Positions 46,687-61,600 of a stretch of 64,000 nt of DNA are shown in pieces. Position 1 is the stretch's first letter. Each line of letters begins with the position of its first letter. The DNA lies in the NCBI GenBank assembly GCA_964057225.1, contig OZ059896.1, positions 18,848,001 through 18,912,000 of the forward strand. Reading direction: 5' to 3'. The position numbers were made by a program, and so were the translations under genes. Below the pieces are notes generated by a model, which saw only the letters and a program-made list of their open reading frames with translations, was not told where the DNA came from and did no database searches. This stretch comes from Auanema rhodensis (lineage: Eukaryota > Animalia > Nematoda).

Positions 46687-49600
46687 ACATGTTTTATTCT
46701 GTATTATCTCATACAATTGAAAAAAATACTAGCAGTAAAACAAATGCAGTGATAATATTCTCGAGAATGTTCCTATTCAGAGTGCGAAACTATCAAAAAT
46801 TTCCCGAAGGTTTTCTCATAAGGTATTAAAATAAAAGTATTATTTCATATTATTATTTTTCCAGACCTAGAATCGATAAAAAAAATCAAGTACATTTTAG
46901 TGAGTTACTGGGTTGGGTTATACAAATTGTCTAATTTGAATGCGATTTACATGGCCTTGTGGCCTAATGGATAAGGCGTCGGACTTCGGATCCGAAGATT
47001 GTAGGTTCGAGTCCTGCCAGGGTCGTTATTTTTTGTTTTAAAAAAATCATTACCTGATAGTTTACATGTTTTATTCTGTATTATCTCATACAATTGAAAA
47101 AAATACTAGCAGTAAAACAAATGCAGTGATAATATTCTCGAGAATGTTCCTATACAGAGTGAGAAAATATCAAAAATTTCCCGAAGGTTTTCTCATAAGG
47201 TACTAAAATAAAAGTATTATTTCATATTATTATTTTTTCAGACCTAGAATCGATAAAAAAAATTAACTACATTTTAGTGAGTTACTGGGTTGGGTTATAC
47301 AAATTGTCTAATTTGAATGCGATTTACATGGCCTTGTGGCCTAATGGATAAGGCGTCGGACTTCGGATCCGAAGATTGTAGGTTCGAGTCCTGCCAGGGT
47401 CGTTATTTTTTGTTTTAAAAAAATCATTACCTGATAGTTTACATGTTTTATTCTGTATTATCTCATACAATTGAAAAAAATACTAGCAGTAAAACAAATG
47501 CAGTGATAATATTCTCGAGAATGTTCCTATTCAGAGTGCGAAAGTATCAAAAATTTCCCGAAGGTTTTCTCATAAGGTATTAAAATAAAAGTATTATTTC
47601 ATATTATTGTTTTTCCAGACCTAGAATCGATAAAAAAAATCAAGTACATTTTAGTGAGTTACTGGGTTGGGTTATACAAATTGTCTAATTTGAATGCGAT
47701 TTACATGGCCTTGTGGCCTAATGGATAAGGCGTCGGACTTCGGATCCGAAGATTGTAGGTTCGAGTCCTGCCAGGGTCGTTATTTTTTGTTTTAAAAAAA
47801 TCATTACCTGATAGTTTACATGTTTTATTCTGTATTATCTCATACAATTGAAAAAAATACTAGCAGTAAAACAAATGCAGTGATAATATTCTCGAAAATG
47901 TTCCTATTCAGAGTGCGAAAGTATCAAAAATTTCCCGAAGGTTTTCTCATAAGGTACTAAAATAAAAGTATTATTACATATTATTATTTTTTCAGACCTA
48001 GAATCGATAAAAAAAATCAACTACATTTTAGTGAGTTACTGGGTTGGGTTATACAAATTGTCTAATTTGAATGCGATTTACATGGCCTTGTGGCCTAATG
48101 GATAAGGCGTCGGACTTCGGATCCGAAGATTGTAGGTTCGAGTCCTGCCAGGGTCGTTATTTTTTGTTTTAAAAAAATCATTACCTGATAGTTTACATGT
48201 TTTATTCTGTATTATCTCATACAATTGAAAAAAATACTAGCAGTAAAACAAATGCAGTGATAATATTCTCGAGAATGTTCCTATTCAGAGTGCGAAAGTA
48301 TCAAAAATTTCCCGAAGGTTTTCTCATAAGGTACTAAAATAAAAGTATTATTTCATATTATTATTTTTTCAGACCTAGAATCGATAAAAAAAATCAACTA
48401 CATTTTAGTGAGTTACTGGGTTGGGTTATACAAATTGTCTAATTTGAATGCGATTTACATGGCCTTGTGGCCTAATGGATAAGGCGTCGGACTTCGGATC
48501 CGAAGATTGTAGGTTCGAGTCCTGCCAGGGTCGTTATTTTTTGTTTTAAAAAAATCATTACCTGATAGTTTACATGTTTTATTCTGTATTATCTCATACA
48601 ATTGAAAAAAATACTAGCAGTAAAACAAATGCAGTGATAATATTCTCGAGAATGTTCCTATTCAGAGTGCGAAAGTATCAAAAATTTCCCGAAGGTTTTC
48701 TCATAAGGTATTAAAATAAAAGTATTATTTCATATTATTATTTTTCCAGACCTAGAATCGATAAAAAAAATCAAGTACATTTTAGTGAGTTACTGGGTTG
48801 GGTTATACAAATTGTCTAATTTGAATGCGATTTACATGGCCTTGTGGCCTAATGGATAAGGCGTCGGACTTCGGATCCGAAGATTGTAGGTTCGAGTCCT
48901 GCCAGGGTCGTTATTTTTTGTTTTAAAAAAATCATTACCTGATAGTTTACATGTTTTATTCTGTATTATCTCATACAATTGAAAAAAATACTAGCAGTAA
49001 AACAAATGCAGTGATAATATTCTCGAGAATGTTCCTATTCAGAGTGCGAAAGTATCAAAAATTTCCCGAAGGTTTTCTCATAAGGTATTAAAATAAAAGT
49101 ATTATTTCATATTATTATTTTTCCAGACCTAGAATCGATAAAAAAAATCAAGTACATTTTAGTGAGTTACTGGGTTGGGTTATACAAATTGTCTAATTTG
49201 AATGCGATTTACATGGCCTTGTGGCCTAATGGATAAGGCGTCGGACTTCGGATCCGAAGATTGTAGGTTCGAGTCCTGCCAGGGTCGTTATTTTTTGTTT
49301 TAAAAAAATCATTACCTGATAGTTTACATGTTTTATTCTGTATTATCTCATACAATTGAAAAAAATACTAGCAGTAAAACAAATGCAGTGATAATATTCT
49401 CGAGAATGTTCCTATTCAGAGTGCGAAAGTATCAAAAATTTCCCGAAGGTTTTCTCATAAGGTACTAAAATAAAAGTATTATTTCATATTATTATTTTTT
49501 CAGACCTAGAATCGATAAAAAAAATCAACTACATTTTAGTGAGTTACTGGGTTGGGTTATACAAATTGTCTAATTTGAATGCGATTTACATGGCCTTGTG

Positions 49601-52600
49601 GCCTAATGGATAAGGCGTCGGACTTCGGATCCGAAGATTGTAGGTTCGAGTCCTGCCAGGGTCGTTATTTTTTGTTTTAAAAAAATCATTACCTGATAGT
49701 TTACATGTTTTATTCTGTATTATCTCATACAATTGAAAAAAATACTAGCAGTAAAACAAATGCAGTGATAATATTCTCGAGAATGTTCCTATTCAGAGTG
49801 CGAAAGTATCAAAAATTTCCCGAAGGTTTTCTCATAAGGTATTAAAATAAAAGTATTATTTCATATTATTATTTTTCCAGACCTAGAATCGATAAAAAAA
49901 ATCAAGTACATTTTAGTGAGTTACTGGGTTGGGTTATACAAATTGTCTAATTTGAATGCGATTTACATGGCCTTGTGGCCTAATGGATAAGGCGTCGGAC
50001 TTCGGATCCGAAGATTGTAGGTTCGAGTCCTGCCAGGGTCGTTATTTTTTGTTTTAAAAAAATCATTACCTGATAGTTTACATGTTTTATTCTGTATTAT
50101 CTCATACAATTGAAAAAAATACTAGCAGTAAAACAAATGCAGTGATAATATTCTCGAGAATGTTCCTATTCAGAGTGCGAAAGTATCAAAAATTTCCCGA
50201 AGGTTTTCTCATAAGGTATTAAAATAAAAGTATTATTTCATATTATTATTTTTCCAGACCTAGAATCGATAAAAAAAATCAAGTACATTTTAGTGAGTTA
50301 CTGGGTTGGGTTATACAAATTGTCTAATTTGAATGCGATTTACATGGCCTTGTGGCCTAATGGATAAGGCGTCGGACTTCGGATCCGAAGATTGTAGGTT
50401 CGAGTCCTGCCAGGGTCGTTATTTTTTGTTTTAAAAAAATCATTACCTGATAGTTTACATGTTTTATTCTGTATTATCTCATACAATTGAAAAAAATACT
50501 AGCAGTAAAACAAATGCAGTGATAATATTCTCGAGAATGTTCCTATTCAGAGTGCGAAAGTATCAAAAATTTCCCGAAGGTTTTCTCATAAGGTATTAAA
50601 ATAAAAGTATTATTTCATATTATTATTTTTCCAGACCTAGAATCGATAAAAAAAATCAAGTACATTTTAGTGAGTTACTGGGTTGGGTTATACAAATTGT
50701 CTAATTTGAATGCGATTTACATGGCCTTGTGGCCTAATGGATAAGGCGTCGGACTTCGGATCCGAAGATTGTAGGTTCGAGTCCTGCCAGGGTCGTTATT
50801 TTTTGTTTTAAAAAAATCATTACCTGATAGTTTACATGTTTTATTCTGTATTATCTCATACAATTGAAAAAAATACTAGCAGTAAAACAAATGCAGTGAT
50901 AATATTCTCGAGAATGTTCCTATTCAGAGTGCGAAACTATCAAAAATTTCCCGAAGGTTTTCTCATAAGGTATTAAAATAAAAGTATTATTTCATATTAT
51001 TATTTTTCCAGACCTAGAATCGATAAAAAAAATCAAGTACATTTTAGTGAGTTACTGGGTTGGGTTATACAAATTGTCTAATTTGAATGCGATTTACATG
51101 GCCTTGTGGCCTAATGGATAAGGCGTCGGACTTCGGATCCGAAGATTGTAGGTTCGAGTCCTGCCAGGGTCGTTATTTTTTGTTTTAAAAAAATCATTAC
51201 CTGATAGTTTACATGTTTTATTCTGTATTATCTCATACAATTGAAAAAAATACTAGCAGTAAAACAAATGCAGTGATAATATTCTCGAGAATGTTCCTAT
51301 ACAGAGTGAGAAAATATCAAAAATTTCCCGAAGGTTTTCTCATAAGGTACTAAAATAAAAGTATTATTTCATATTATTATTTTTTCAGACCTAGAATCGA
51401 TAAAAAAAATTAACTACATTTTAGTGAGTTACTGGGTTGGGTTATACAAATTGTCTAATTTGAATGCGATTTACATGGCCTTGTGGCCTAATGGATAAGG
51501 CGTCGGACTTCGGATCCGAAGATTGTAGGTTCGAGTCCTGCCAGGGTCGTTATTTTTTGTTTTAAAAAAATCATTACCTGATAGTTTACATGTTTTATTC
51601 TGTATTATCTCATACAATTGAAAAAAATACTAGCAGTAAAACAAATGCAGTGATAATATTCTCGAGAATGTTCCTATTCAGAGTGCGAAAGTATCAAAAA
51701 TTTCCCGAAGGTTTTCTCATAAGGTATTAAAATAAAAGTATTATTTCATATTATTATTTTTCCAGACCTAGAATCGATAAAAAAAATCAAGTACATTTTA
51801 GTGAGTTACTGGGTTGGGTTATACAAATTGTCTAATTTGAATGCGATTTACATGGCCTTGTGGCCTAATGGATAAGGCGTCGGACTTCGGATCCGAAGAT
51901 TGTAGGTTCGAGTCCTGCCAGGGTCGTTATTTTTTGTTTTAAAAAAATCATTACCTGATAGTTTACATGTTTTATTCTGTATTATCTCATACAATTGAAA
52001 AAAATACTAGCAGTAAAACAAATGCAGTGATAATATTCTCGAGAATGTTCCTATTCAGAGTGCGAAACTATCAAAAATTTCCCGAAGGTTTTCTCATAAG
52101 GTATTAAAATAAAAGTATTATTTCATATTATTATTTTTCCAGACCTAGAATCGATAAAAAAAATCAAGTACATTTTAGTGAGTTACTGGGTTGGGTTATA
52201 CAAATTGTCTAATTTGAATGCGATTTACATGGCCTTGTGGCCTAATGGATAAGGCGTCGGACTTCGGATCCGAAGATTGTAGGTTCGAGTCCTGCCAGGG
52301 TCGTTATTTTTTGTTTTAAAAAAATCATTACCTGATAGTTTACATGTTTTATTCTGTATTATCTCATACAATTGAAAAAAATACTAGCAGTAAAACAAAT
52401 GCAGTGATAATATTCTCGAGAATGTTCCTATACAGAGTGAGAAAATATCAAAAATTTCCCGAAGGTTTTCTCATAAGGTACTAAAATAAAAGTATTATTT
52501 CATATTATTATTTTTTCAGACCTAGAATCGATAAAAAAAATTAACTACATTTTAGTGAGTTACTGGGTTGGGTTATACAAATTGTCTAATTTGAATGCGA

Positions 52601-55600
52601 TTTACATGGCCTTGTGGCCTAATGGATAAGGCGTCGGACTTCGGATCCGAAGATTGTAGGTTCGAGTCCTGCCAGGGTCGTTATTTTTTGTTTTAAAAAA
52701 ATCATTACCTGATAGTTTACATGTTTTATTCTGTATTATCTCATACAATTGAAAAAAATACTAGCAGTAAAACAAATGCAGTGATAATATTCTCGAGAAT
52801 GTTCCTATTCAGAGTGCGAAAGTATCAAAAATTTCCCGAAGGTTTTCTCATAAGGTATTAAAATAAAAGTATTATTTCATATTATTATTTTTCCAGACCT
52901 AGAATCGATAAAAAAAATCAAGTACATTTTAGTGAGTTACTGGGTTGGGTTATACAAATTGTCTAATTTGAATGCGATTTACATGGCCTTGTGGCCTAAT
53001 GGATAAGGCGTCGGACTTCGGATCCGAAGATTGTAGGTTCGAGTCCTGCCAGGGTCGTTATTTTTTGTTTTAAAAAAATCATTACCTGATAGTTTACATG
53101 TTTTATTCTGTATTATCTCATACAATTGAAAAAAATACTAGCAGTAAAACAAATGCAGTGATAATATTCTCGAAAATGTTCCTATTCAGAGTGCGAAAGT
53201 ATCAAAAATTTCCCGAAGGTTTTCTCATAAGGTACTAAAATAAAAGTATTATTACATATTATTATTTTTTCAGACCTAGAATCGATAAAAAAAATCAACT
53301 ACATTTTAGTGAGTTACTGGGTTGGGTTATACAAATTGTCTAATTTGAATGCGATTTACATGGCCTTGTGGCCTAATGGATAAGGCGTCGGACTTCGGAT
53401 CCGAAGATTGTAGGTTCGAGTCCTGCCAGGGTCGTTATTTTTTGTTTTAAAAAAATCATTACCTGATAGTTTACATGTTTTATTCTGTATTATCTCATAC
53501 AATTGAAAAAAATACTAGCAGTAAAACAAATGCAGTGATAATATTCTCGAGAATGTTCCTATTCAGAGTGCGAAAGTATCAAAAATTTCCCGAAGGTTTT
53601 CTCATAAGGTACTAAAATAAAAGTATTATTTCATATTATTATTTTTTCAGACCTAGAATCGATAAAAAAAATCAACTACATTTTAGTGAGTTACTGGGTT
53701 GGGTTATACAAATTGTCTAATTTGAATGCGATTTACATGGCCTTGTGGCCTAATGGATAAGGCGTCGGACTTCGGATCCGAAGATTGTAGGTTCGAGTCC
53801 TGCCAGGGTCGTTATTTTTTGTTTTAAAAAAATCATTACCTGATAGTTTACATGTTTTATTCTGTATTATCTCATACAATTGAAAAAAATACTAGCAGTA
53901 AAACAAATGCAGTGATAATATTCTCGAGAATGTTCCTATTCAGAGTGCGAAAGTATCAAAAATTTCCCGAAGGTTTTCTCATAAGGTATTAAAATAAAAG
54001 TATTATTTCATATTATTATTTTTCCAGACCTAGAATCGATAAAAAAAATCAAGTACATTTTAGTGAGTTACTGGGTTGGGTTATACAAATTGTCTAATTT
54101 GAATGCGATTTACATGGCCTTGTGGCCTAATGGATAAGGCGTCGGACTTCGGATCCGAAGATTGTAGGTTCGAGTCCTGCCAGGGTCGTTATTTTTTGTT
54201 TTAAAAAAATCATTACCTGATAGTTTACATGTTTTATTCTGTATTATCTCATACAATTGAAAAAAATACTAGCAGTAAAACAAATGCAGTGATAATATTC
54301 TCGAAAATGTTCCTATTCAGAGTGCGAAAGTATCAAAAATTTCCCGAAGGTTTTCTCATAAGGTACTAAAATAAAAGTATTATTACATATTATTATTTTT
54401 TCAGACCTAGAATCGATAAAAAAAATCAACTACATTTTAGTGAGTTACTGGGTTGGGTTATACAAATTGTCTAATTTGAATGCGATTTACATGGCCTTGT
54501 GGCCTAATGGATAAGGCGTCGGACTTCGGATCCGAAGATTGTAGGTTCGAGTCCTGCCAGGGTCGTTATTTTTTGTTTTAAAAAAATCATTACCTGATAG
54601 TTTACATGTTTTATTCTGTATTATCTCATACAATTGAAAAAAATACTAGCAGTAAAACAAATGCAGTGATAATATTCTCGAGAATGTTCCTATTCAGAGT
54701 GCGAAAGTATCAAAAATTTCCCGAAGGTTTTCTCATAAGGTACTAAAATAAAAGTATTATTTCATATTATTATTTTTTCAGACCTAGAATCGATAAAAAA
54801 AATCAACTACATTTTAGTGAGTTACTGGGTTGGGTTATACAAATTGTCTAATTTGAATGCGATTTACATGGCCTTGTGGCCTAATGGATAAGGCGTCGGA
54901 CTTCGGATCCGAAGATTGTAGGTTCGAGTCCTGCCAGGGTCGTTATTTTTTGTTTTAAAAAAATCATTACCTGATAGTTTACATGTTTTATTCTGTATTA
55001 TCTCATACAATTGAAAAAAATACTAGCAGTAAAACAAATGCAGTGATAATATTCTCGAGAATGTTCCTATTCAGAGTGCGAAAGTATCAAAAATTTCCCG
55101 AAGGTTTTCTCATAAGGTACTAAAATAAAAGTATTATTTCATATTATTATTTTTTCAGACCTAGAATCGATAAAAAAAATCAACTACATTTTAGTGAGTT
55201 ACTGGGTTGGGTTATACAAATTGTCTAATTTGAATGCGATTTACATGGCCTTGTGGCCTAATGGATAAGGCGTCGGACTTCGGATCCGAAGATTGTAGGT
55301 TCGAGTCCTGCCAGGGTCGTTATTTTTTGTTTTAAAAAAATCATTACCTGATAGTTTACATGTTTTATTCTGTATTATCTCATACAATTGAAAAAAATAC
55401 TAGCAGTAAAACAAATGCAGTGATAATATTCTCGAAAATGTTCCTATTCAGAGTGCGAAAGTATCAAAAATTTCCCGAAGGTTTTCTCATAAGGTACTAA
55501 AATAAAAGTATTATTACATATTATTATTTTTTCAGACCTAGAATCGATAAAAAAAATCAACTACATTTTAGTGAGTTACTGGGTTGGGTTATACAAATTG

Positions 55601-58600
55601 TCTAATTTGAATGCGATTTACATGGCCTTGTGGCCTAATGGATAAGGCGTCGGACTTCGGATCCGAAGATTGTAGGTTCGAGTCCTGCCAGGGTCGTTAT
55701 TTTTTGTTTTAAAAAAATCATTACCTGATAGTTTACATGTTTTATTCTGTATTATCTCATACAATTGAAAAAAATACTAGCAGTAAAACAAATGCAGTGA
55801 TAATATTCTCGAGAATGTTCCTATTCAGAGTGCGAAAGTATCAAAAATTTCCCGAAGGTTTTCTCATAAGGTACTAAAATAAAAGTATTATTTCATATTA
55901 TTATTTTTTCAGACCTAGAATCGATAAAAAAAATCAACTACATTTTAGTGAGTTACTGGGTTGGGTTATACAAATTGTCTAATTTGAATGCGATTTACAT
56001 GGCCTTGTGGCCTAATGGATAAGGCGTCGGACTTCGGATCCGAAGATTGTAGGTTCGAGTCCTGCCAGGGTCGTTATTTTTTGTTTTAAAAAAATCATTA
56101 CCTGATAGTTTACATGTTTTATTCTGTATTATCTCATACAATTGAAAAAAATACTAGCAGTAAAACAAATGCAGTGATAATATTCTCGAGAATGTTCCTA
56201 TTCAGAGTGCGAAAGTATCAAAAATTTCCCGAAGGTTTTCTCATAAGGTATTAAAATAAAAGTATTATTTCATATTATTATTTTTCCAGACCTAGAATCG
56301 ATAAAAAAAATCAAGTACATTTTAGTGAGTTACTGGGTTGGGTTATACAAATTGTCTAATTTGAATGCGATTTACATGGCCTTGTGGCCTAATGGATAAA
56401 GCGTCGGACTTCGGATCCGAAGATTGTAGGTTCGAGTCCTGCCAGGGTCGTTATTTTTTGTTTTAAAAAAATCATTACCTGATAGTTTACATGTTTTATT
56501 CTGTATTATCTCATACAATTGAAAAAAATACTAGCAGTAAAACAAATGCAGTGATAATATTCTCGAGAATGTTCCTATTCAGAGTGCGAAAGTATCAAAA
56601 ATTTCCCGAAGGTTTTCTCATAAGGTATTAAAATAAAAGTATTATTTCATATTATTATTTTTCCAGACCTAGAATCGATAAAAAAAATCAAGTACATTTT
56701 AGTGAGTTACTGGGTTGGGTTATACAAATTGTCTAATTTGAATGCGATTTTCATGGCCTTGTGGCCTAATGGATAAGGCGTCGGACTTCGGATCCGAAGA
56801 TTGTAGGTTCGAGTCCTGCCAGGGTCGTTATTTTTTGTTTCAAAAAAATCATTACCTGATAGTTTACATGTTTTATTCTGTATTATCTCATACAATTGAA
56901 AAAAATACTAGCAGTAAAACAAATGCAGTGATAATATTCTCGAGAATGTTCCTATTCAGAGTGCGAAAGTATCAAAAATTTCCCGAAGGTTCTCTCATAA
57001 GGTATTAAAATAAAAGTATTATTTCATATTATTATTTTTCCAGACCTAGAATCGATAAAAAAAATCAAGTACATTTTAGTGAGTTACTGGGTTGGGTTAT
57101 ACAAATGGTCTAATTTGAATGCGATTTACATGGCCTTGTGGCCTAATGGATAAGGCGTCGGACTTCGGATCCGAAGATTGTAGGTTCGAGTCCTGCCAGG
57201 GTCGTTATTTTTTGTTTCAAAAAAATCATTACCTGATAGTTTACATGTTTTATTCTGTATTATCTCATACAATTGAAAAAAATACTAGCAGTAAAACAAA
57301 TGCAGTGATAATATTCTCGAAAATGTTCCTATTCAGAGTGCGAAAGTATCAAAAATTTCCCGAAGGTTTTCTCATAAGGTACTAAAATAAAAGTATTATT
57401 TCATATTATTATTTTTTCAGACCTAGAATCGATAAAAAAAATCAACTACATTTTAGTGAGTTACTGGGTTGGGTTATACAAATTGTCTAATTTGAATGCG
57501 ATTTACATGGCCTTGTGGCCTAATGGATAAGGCGTCGGACTTCGGATCCGAAGATTGTAGGTTCGAGTCCTGCCAGGGTCGTTATTTTTTGTTTTAAAAA
57601 AATCATTACCTGATAGTTTACATGTTTTATTCTGTATTATCTCATACAATTGAAAAAAATACTAGCAGTAAAACAAATGCAGTGATAATATTCTCGAGAA
57701 TGTTCCTATACAGAGTGAGAAAATATCAAAAATTTCCTGAAGGTTTTCTCAGAAGGTACTGAAATAAAAGTATTATTTCATATTATTATTTTTTCAGACC
57801 TAGAATCGAGACCAAAAAAACCACTACATTTTAGTGAGTTACTGGGTTGGGTTATACAAATTGTCTAATTAGAATGCGATTTACATGGCCTTGTGGCCTA
57901 ATGGATAAGGCGTCGGACTTCGGATCCGAAGATTGTAGGTTCGAGTCCTGCCAGGGTCGTTACTTTTTGTTTTAAAAAAATCATTACCTGATAAATTACA
58001 TGTTTTATTCTGTATTATCTCATACAATTGAAAAAAATACTAGCAATAAAACAAATGCAGTGATAATATTCTCGAAAATGTTCCTATTCAGAGTGAGAAA
58101 ATATCAAAAATTTCCCGAAGGTTTTCTCATAAGGTACTAAAATAAAAGTATTATTTCATATTATTATTTTTTCAGACCTAGAATTGATAAAAAAAATCAA
58201 CTACATTTTAGTGAGTTACTGGGTTGGGTTATACAAATTGTCTAATTAGAATGCGATTTACATGGCCTTGTGGCCTAATGGATAAGGCGTCGGACTTCGG
58301 ATCCGAAGATTGTAGGTTCGAGTCCTGCCAGGGTCGTTATTTTTTGTTTTAAAAAAATCATTACCTGATAGTTTACATGTTTTATTCTGTATTATCTCAT
58401 ACAATTGAAAAAAATACTAGCAATAAAACAAATGCAGTGATAATATTCTCGAAAATGTTCCTATTCAGAGTGAGAAAATATCAAAAATTTCCCGAAGGTT
58501 TTCTCATAAGGTACTAAAATAAAAGTATTATTTCATATTATTATTTTTTCAGACCTAGAATCGATAAAAAAAATTAACTACATTTTAGTGAGTTACTGGG

Positions 58601-61600
58601 TTGGGTTATACAAATTGTCTAATTTGAATGCGATTTACATGGCCTTGTGGCCTAATGGATAAGGCGTCGGACTTCGGATCCGAAGATTGTAGGTTCGAGT
58701 CCTGCCAGGGTCGTTATTTTTTGTTTTAAAAAAATCATTACCTGATAGTTTACATGTTTTATTCTGTATTATCTCATACAATTGAAAAAAATACTAGCAG
58801 TAAAACAAATGCAGTGATAATATTCTCGAGAATGTTCCTATTCAGAGTGAGAAAATATCAAAAATTTCCTGAAGGTTTTCTCAGAAGGTACTGAAATAAA
58901 AGTATTATTTCATATTATTATTTTTTCAGACCTAGAATCGAGACCAAAAAAACCACTACATTTTAGTGAGTTACTGGGTTGGGTTATACAAATTGTCTAA
59001 TTAGAATGCGATTTACATGGCCTTGTGGCCTAATGGATAAGGCGTCGGACTTCGGATCCGAAGATTGTAGGTTCGAGTCCTGCCAGGGTCGTTACTTTTT
59101 GTTTTAAAAAAATCATTACCTGATAAATTACATGTTTTATTCTGTATTATCTCATACAATTGAAAAAAATACTAGCAATAAAACAAATGCAGTGATAATA
59201 TTCTCGAAAATGTTCCTATTCAGAGTGAGAAAATATCAAAAATTTCCCGAAGGTTTTCTCATAAGGTACTAAAATAAAAGTATTATTTCATATTATTATT
59301 TTTTCAGACCTAGAATCGATAAAAAAAATCAACTACATTTTAGTGAGTTACTGGGTTGGGTTATACAAATTGTCTAATTTGAATGCGATTTACATGGCCT
59401 TGTGGCCTAATGGATAAGGCGTCGGACTTCGGATCCGAAGATTGTAGGTTCGAGTCCTGCCAGGGTCGTTATTTTTTGTTTTAAAAAAATCATTACCTGA
59501 TAGTTTACATGTTTTATTCTGTATTATCTCATACAATTGAAAAAAATACTAGCAGTAAAACAAATGCAGTGATAATATTCTCGAGAATGTTCCTATTCAG
59601 AGTGCGAAAGTATCAAAAATTTCCCGAAGGTTTTCTCATAAGGTATTAAAATAAAAGTATTATTTCATATTATTATTTTTCCAGACCTAGAATCGATAAA
59701 AAAAATCAAGTACATTTTAGTGAGTTACTGGGTTGGGTTATACAAATTGTCTAATTTGAATGCGATTTACATGGCCTTGTGGCCTAATGGATAAGGCGTC
59801 GGACTTCGGATCCGAAGATTGTAGGTTCGAGTCCTGCCAGGGTCGTTATTTTTTGTTTTAAAAAAATCATTACCTGATAGTTTACATGTTTTATTCTGTA
59901 TTATCTCATACAATTGAAAAAAATACTAGCAGTAAAACAAATGCAGTGATAATATTCTCGAGAATGTTCCTATTCAGAGTGCGAAAGTATCAAAAATTTC
60001 CCGAAGGTTTTCTCATAAGGTATTAAAATAAAAGTATTATTTCATATTATTATTTTTCCAGACCTAGAATCGATAAAAAAAATCAAGTACATTTTAGTGA
60101 GTTACTGGGTTGGGTTATACAAATTGTCTAATTTGAATGCGATTTTCATGGCCTTGTGGCCTAATGGATAAGGCGTCGGACTTCGGATCCGAAGATTGTA
60201 GGTTCGAGTCCTGCCAGGGTCGTTATTTTTTGTTTCAAAAAAATCATTACCTGATAGTTTACATGTTTTATTCTGTATTATCTCATACAATTGAAAAAAA
60301 TACTAGCAGTAAAACAAATGCAGTGATAATATTCTCGAGAATGTTCCTATTCAGAGTGCGAAAGTATCAAAAATTTCCCGAAGGTTCTCTCATAAGGTAT
60401 TAAAATAAAAGTATTATTTCATATTATTATTTTTCCAGACCTAGAATCGATAAAAAAAATCAAGTACATTTTAGTGAGTTACTGGGTTGGGTTATACAAA
60501 TGGTCTAATTTGAATGCGATTTACATGGCCTTGTGGCCTAATGGATAAGGCGTCGGACTTCGGATCCGAAGATTGTAGGTTCGAGTCCTGCCAGGGTCGT
60601 TATTTTTTGATTCAAAAAAATCATTACCTGATAGTTTACATGTTTTATTCTGTATTATCTCATACAATTGAAAAAAATACTAGCAGTAAAACAAATGCAG
60701 TGATAATATTCTCGAAAATGTTCCTATTCAGAGTGCGAAAGTATCAAAAATTTCCCGAAGGTTTTCTCATAAGGTACTAAAATAAAAGTATTATTTCATA
60801 TTATTATTTTTTCAGACCTAGAATCGATAAAAAAAATCAACTACATTTTAGTGAGTTACTGGGTTGGGTTATACAAATTGTCTAATTTGAATGCGATTTA
60901 CATGGCCTTGTGGCCTAATGGATAAGGCGTCGGACTTCGGATCCGAAGATTGTAGGTTCGAGTCCTGCCAGGGTCGTTATTTTTTGTTTTAAAAAAATCA
61001 TTACCTGATAGTTTACATGTTTTATTCTGTATTATCTCATACAATTGAAAAAAATACTAGCAGTAAAACAAATGCAGTGATAATATTCTCGAGAATGTTC
61101 CTATACAGAGTGAGAAAATATCAAAAATTTCCTGAAGGTTTTCTCAGAAGGTACTGAAATAAAAGTATTATTTCATATTATTATTTTTTCAGACCTAGAA
61201 TCGAGACCAAAAAAACCACTACATTTTAGTGAGTTACTGGGTTGGGTTATACAAATTGTCTAATTAGAATGCGATTTACATGGCCTTGTGGCCTAATGGA
61301 TAAGGCGTCGGACTTCGGATCCGAAGATTGTAGGTTCGAGTCCTGCCAGGGTCGTTACTTTTTGTTTTAAAAAAATCATTACCTGATAAATTACATGTTT
61401 TATTCTGTATTATCTCATACAATTGAAAAAAATACTAGCAATAAAACAAATGCAGTGATAATATTCTCGAAAATGTTCCTATTCAGAGTGAGAAAATATC
61501 AAAAATTTCCCGAAGGTTCTCTCATAAGGTATTAAAATAAAAGTATTATTTCATATTATTATTTTTCCAGACCTAGAATCGATAAAAAAAATCAAGTACA

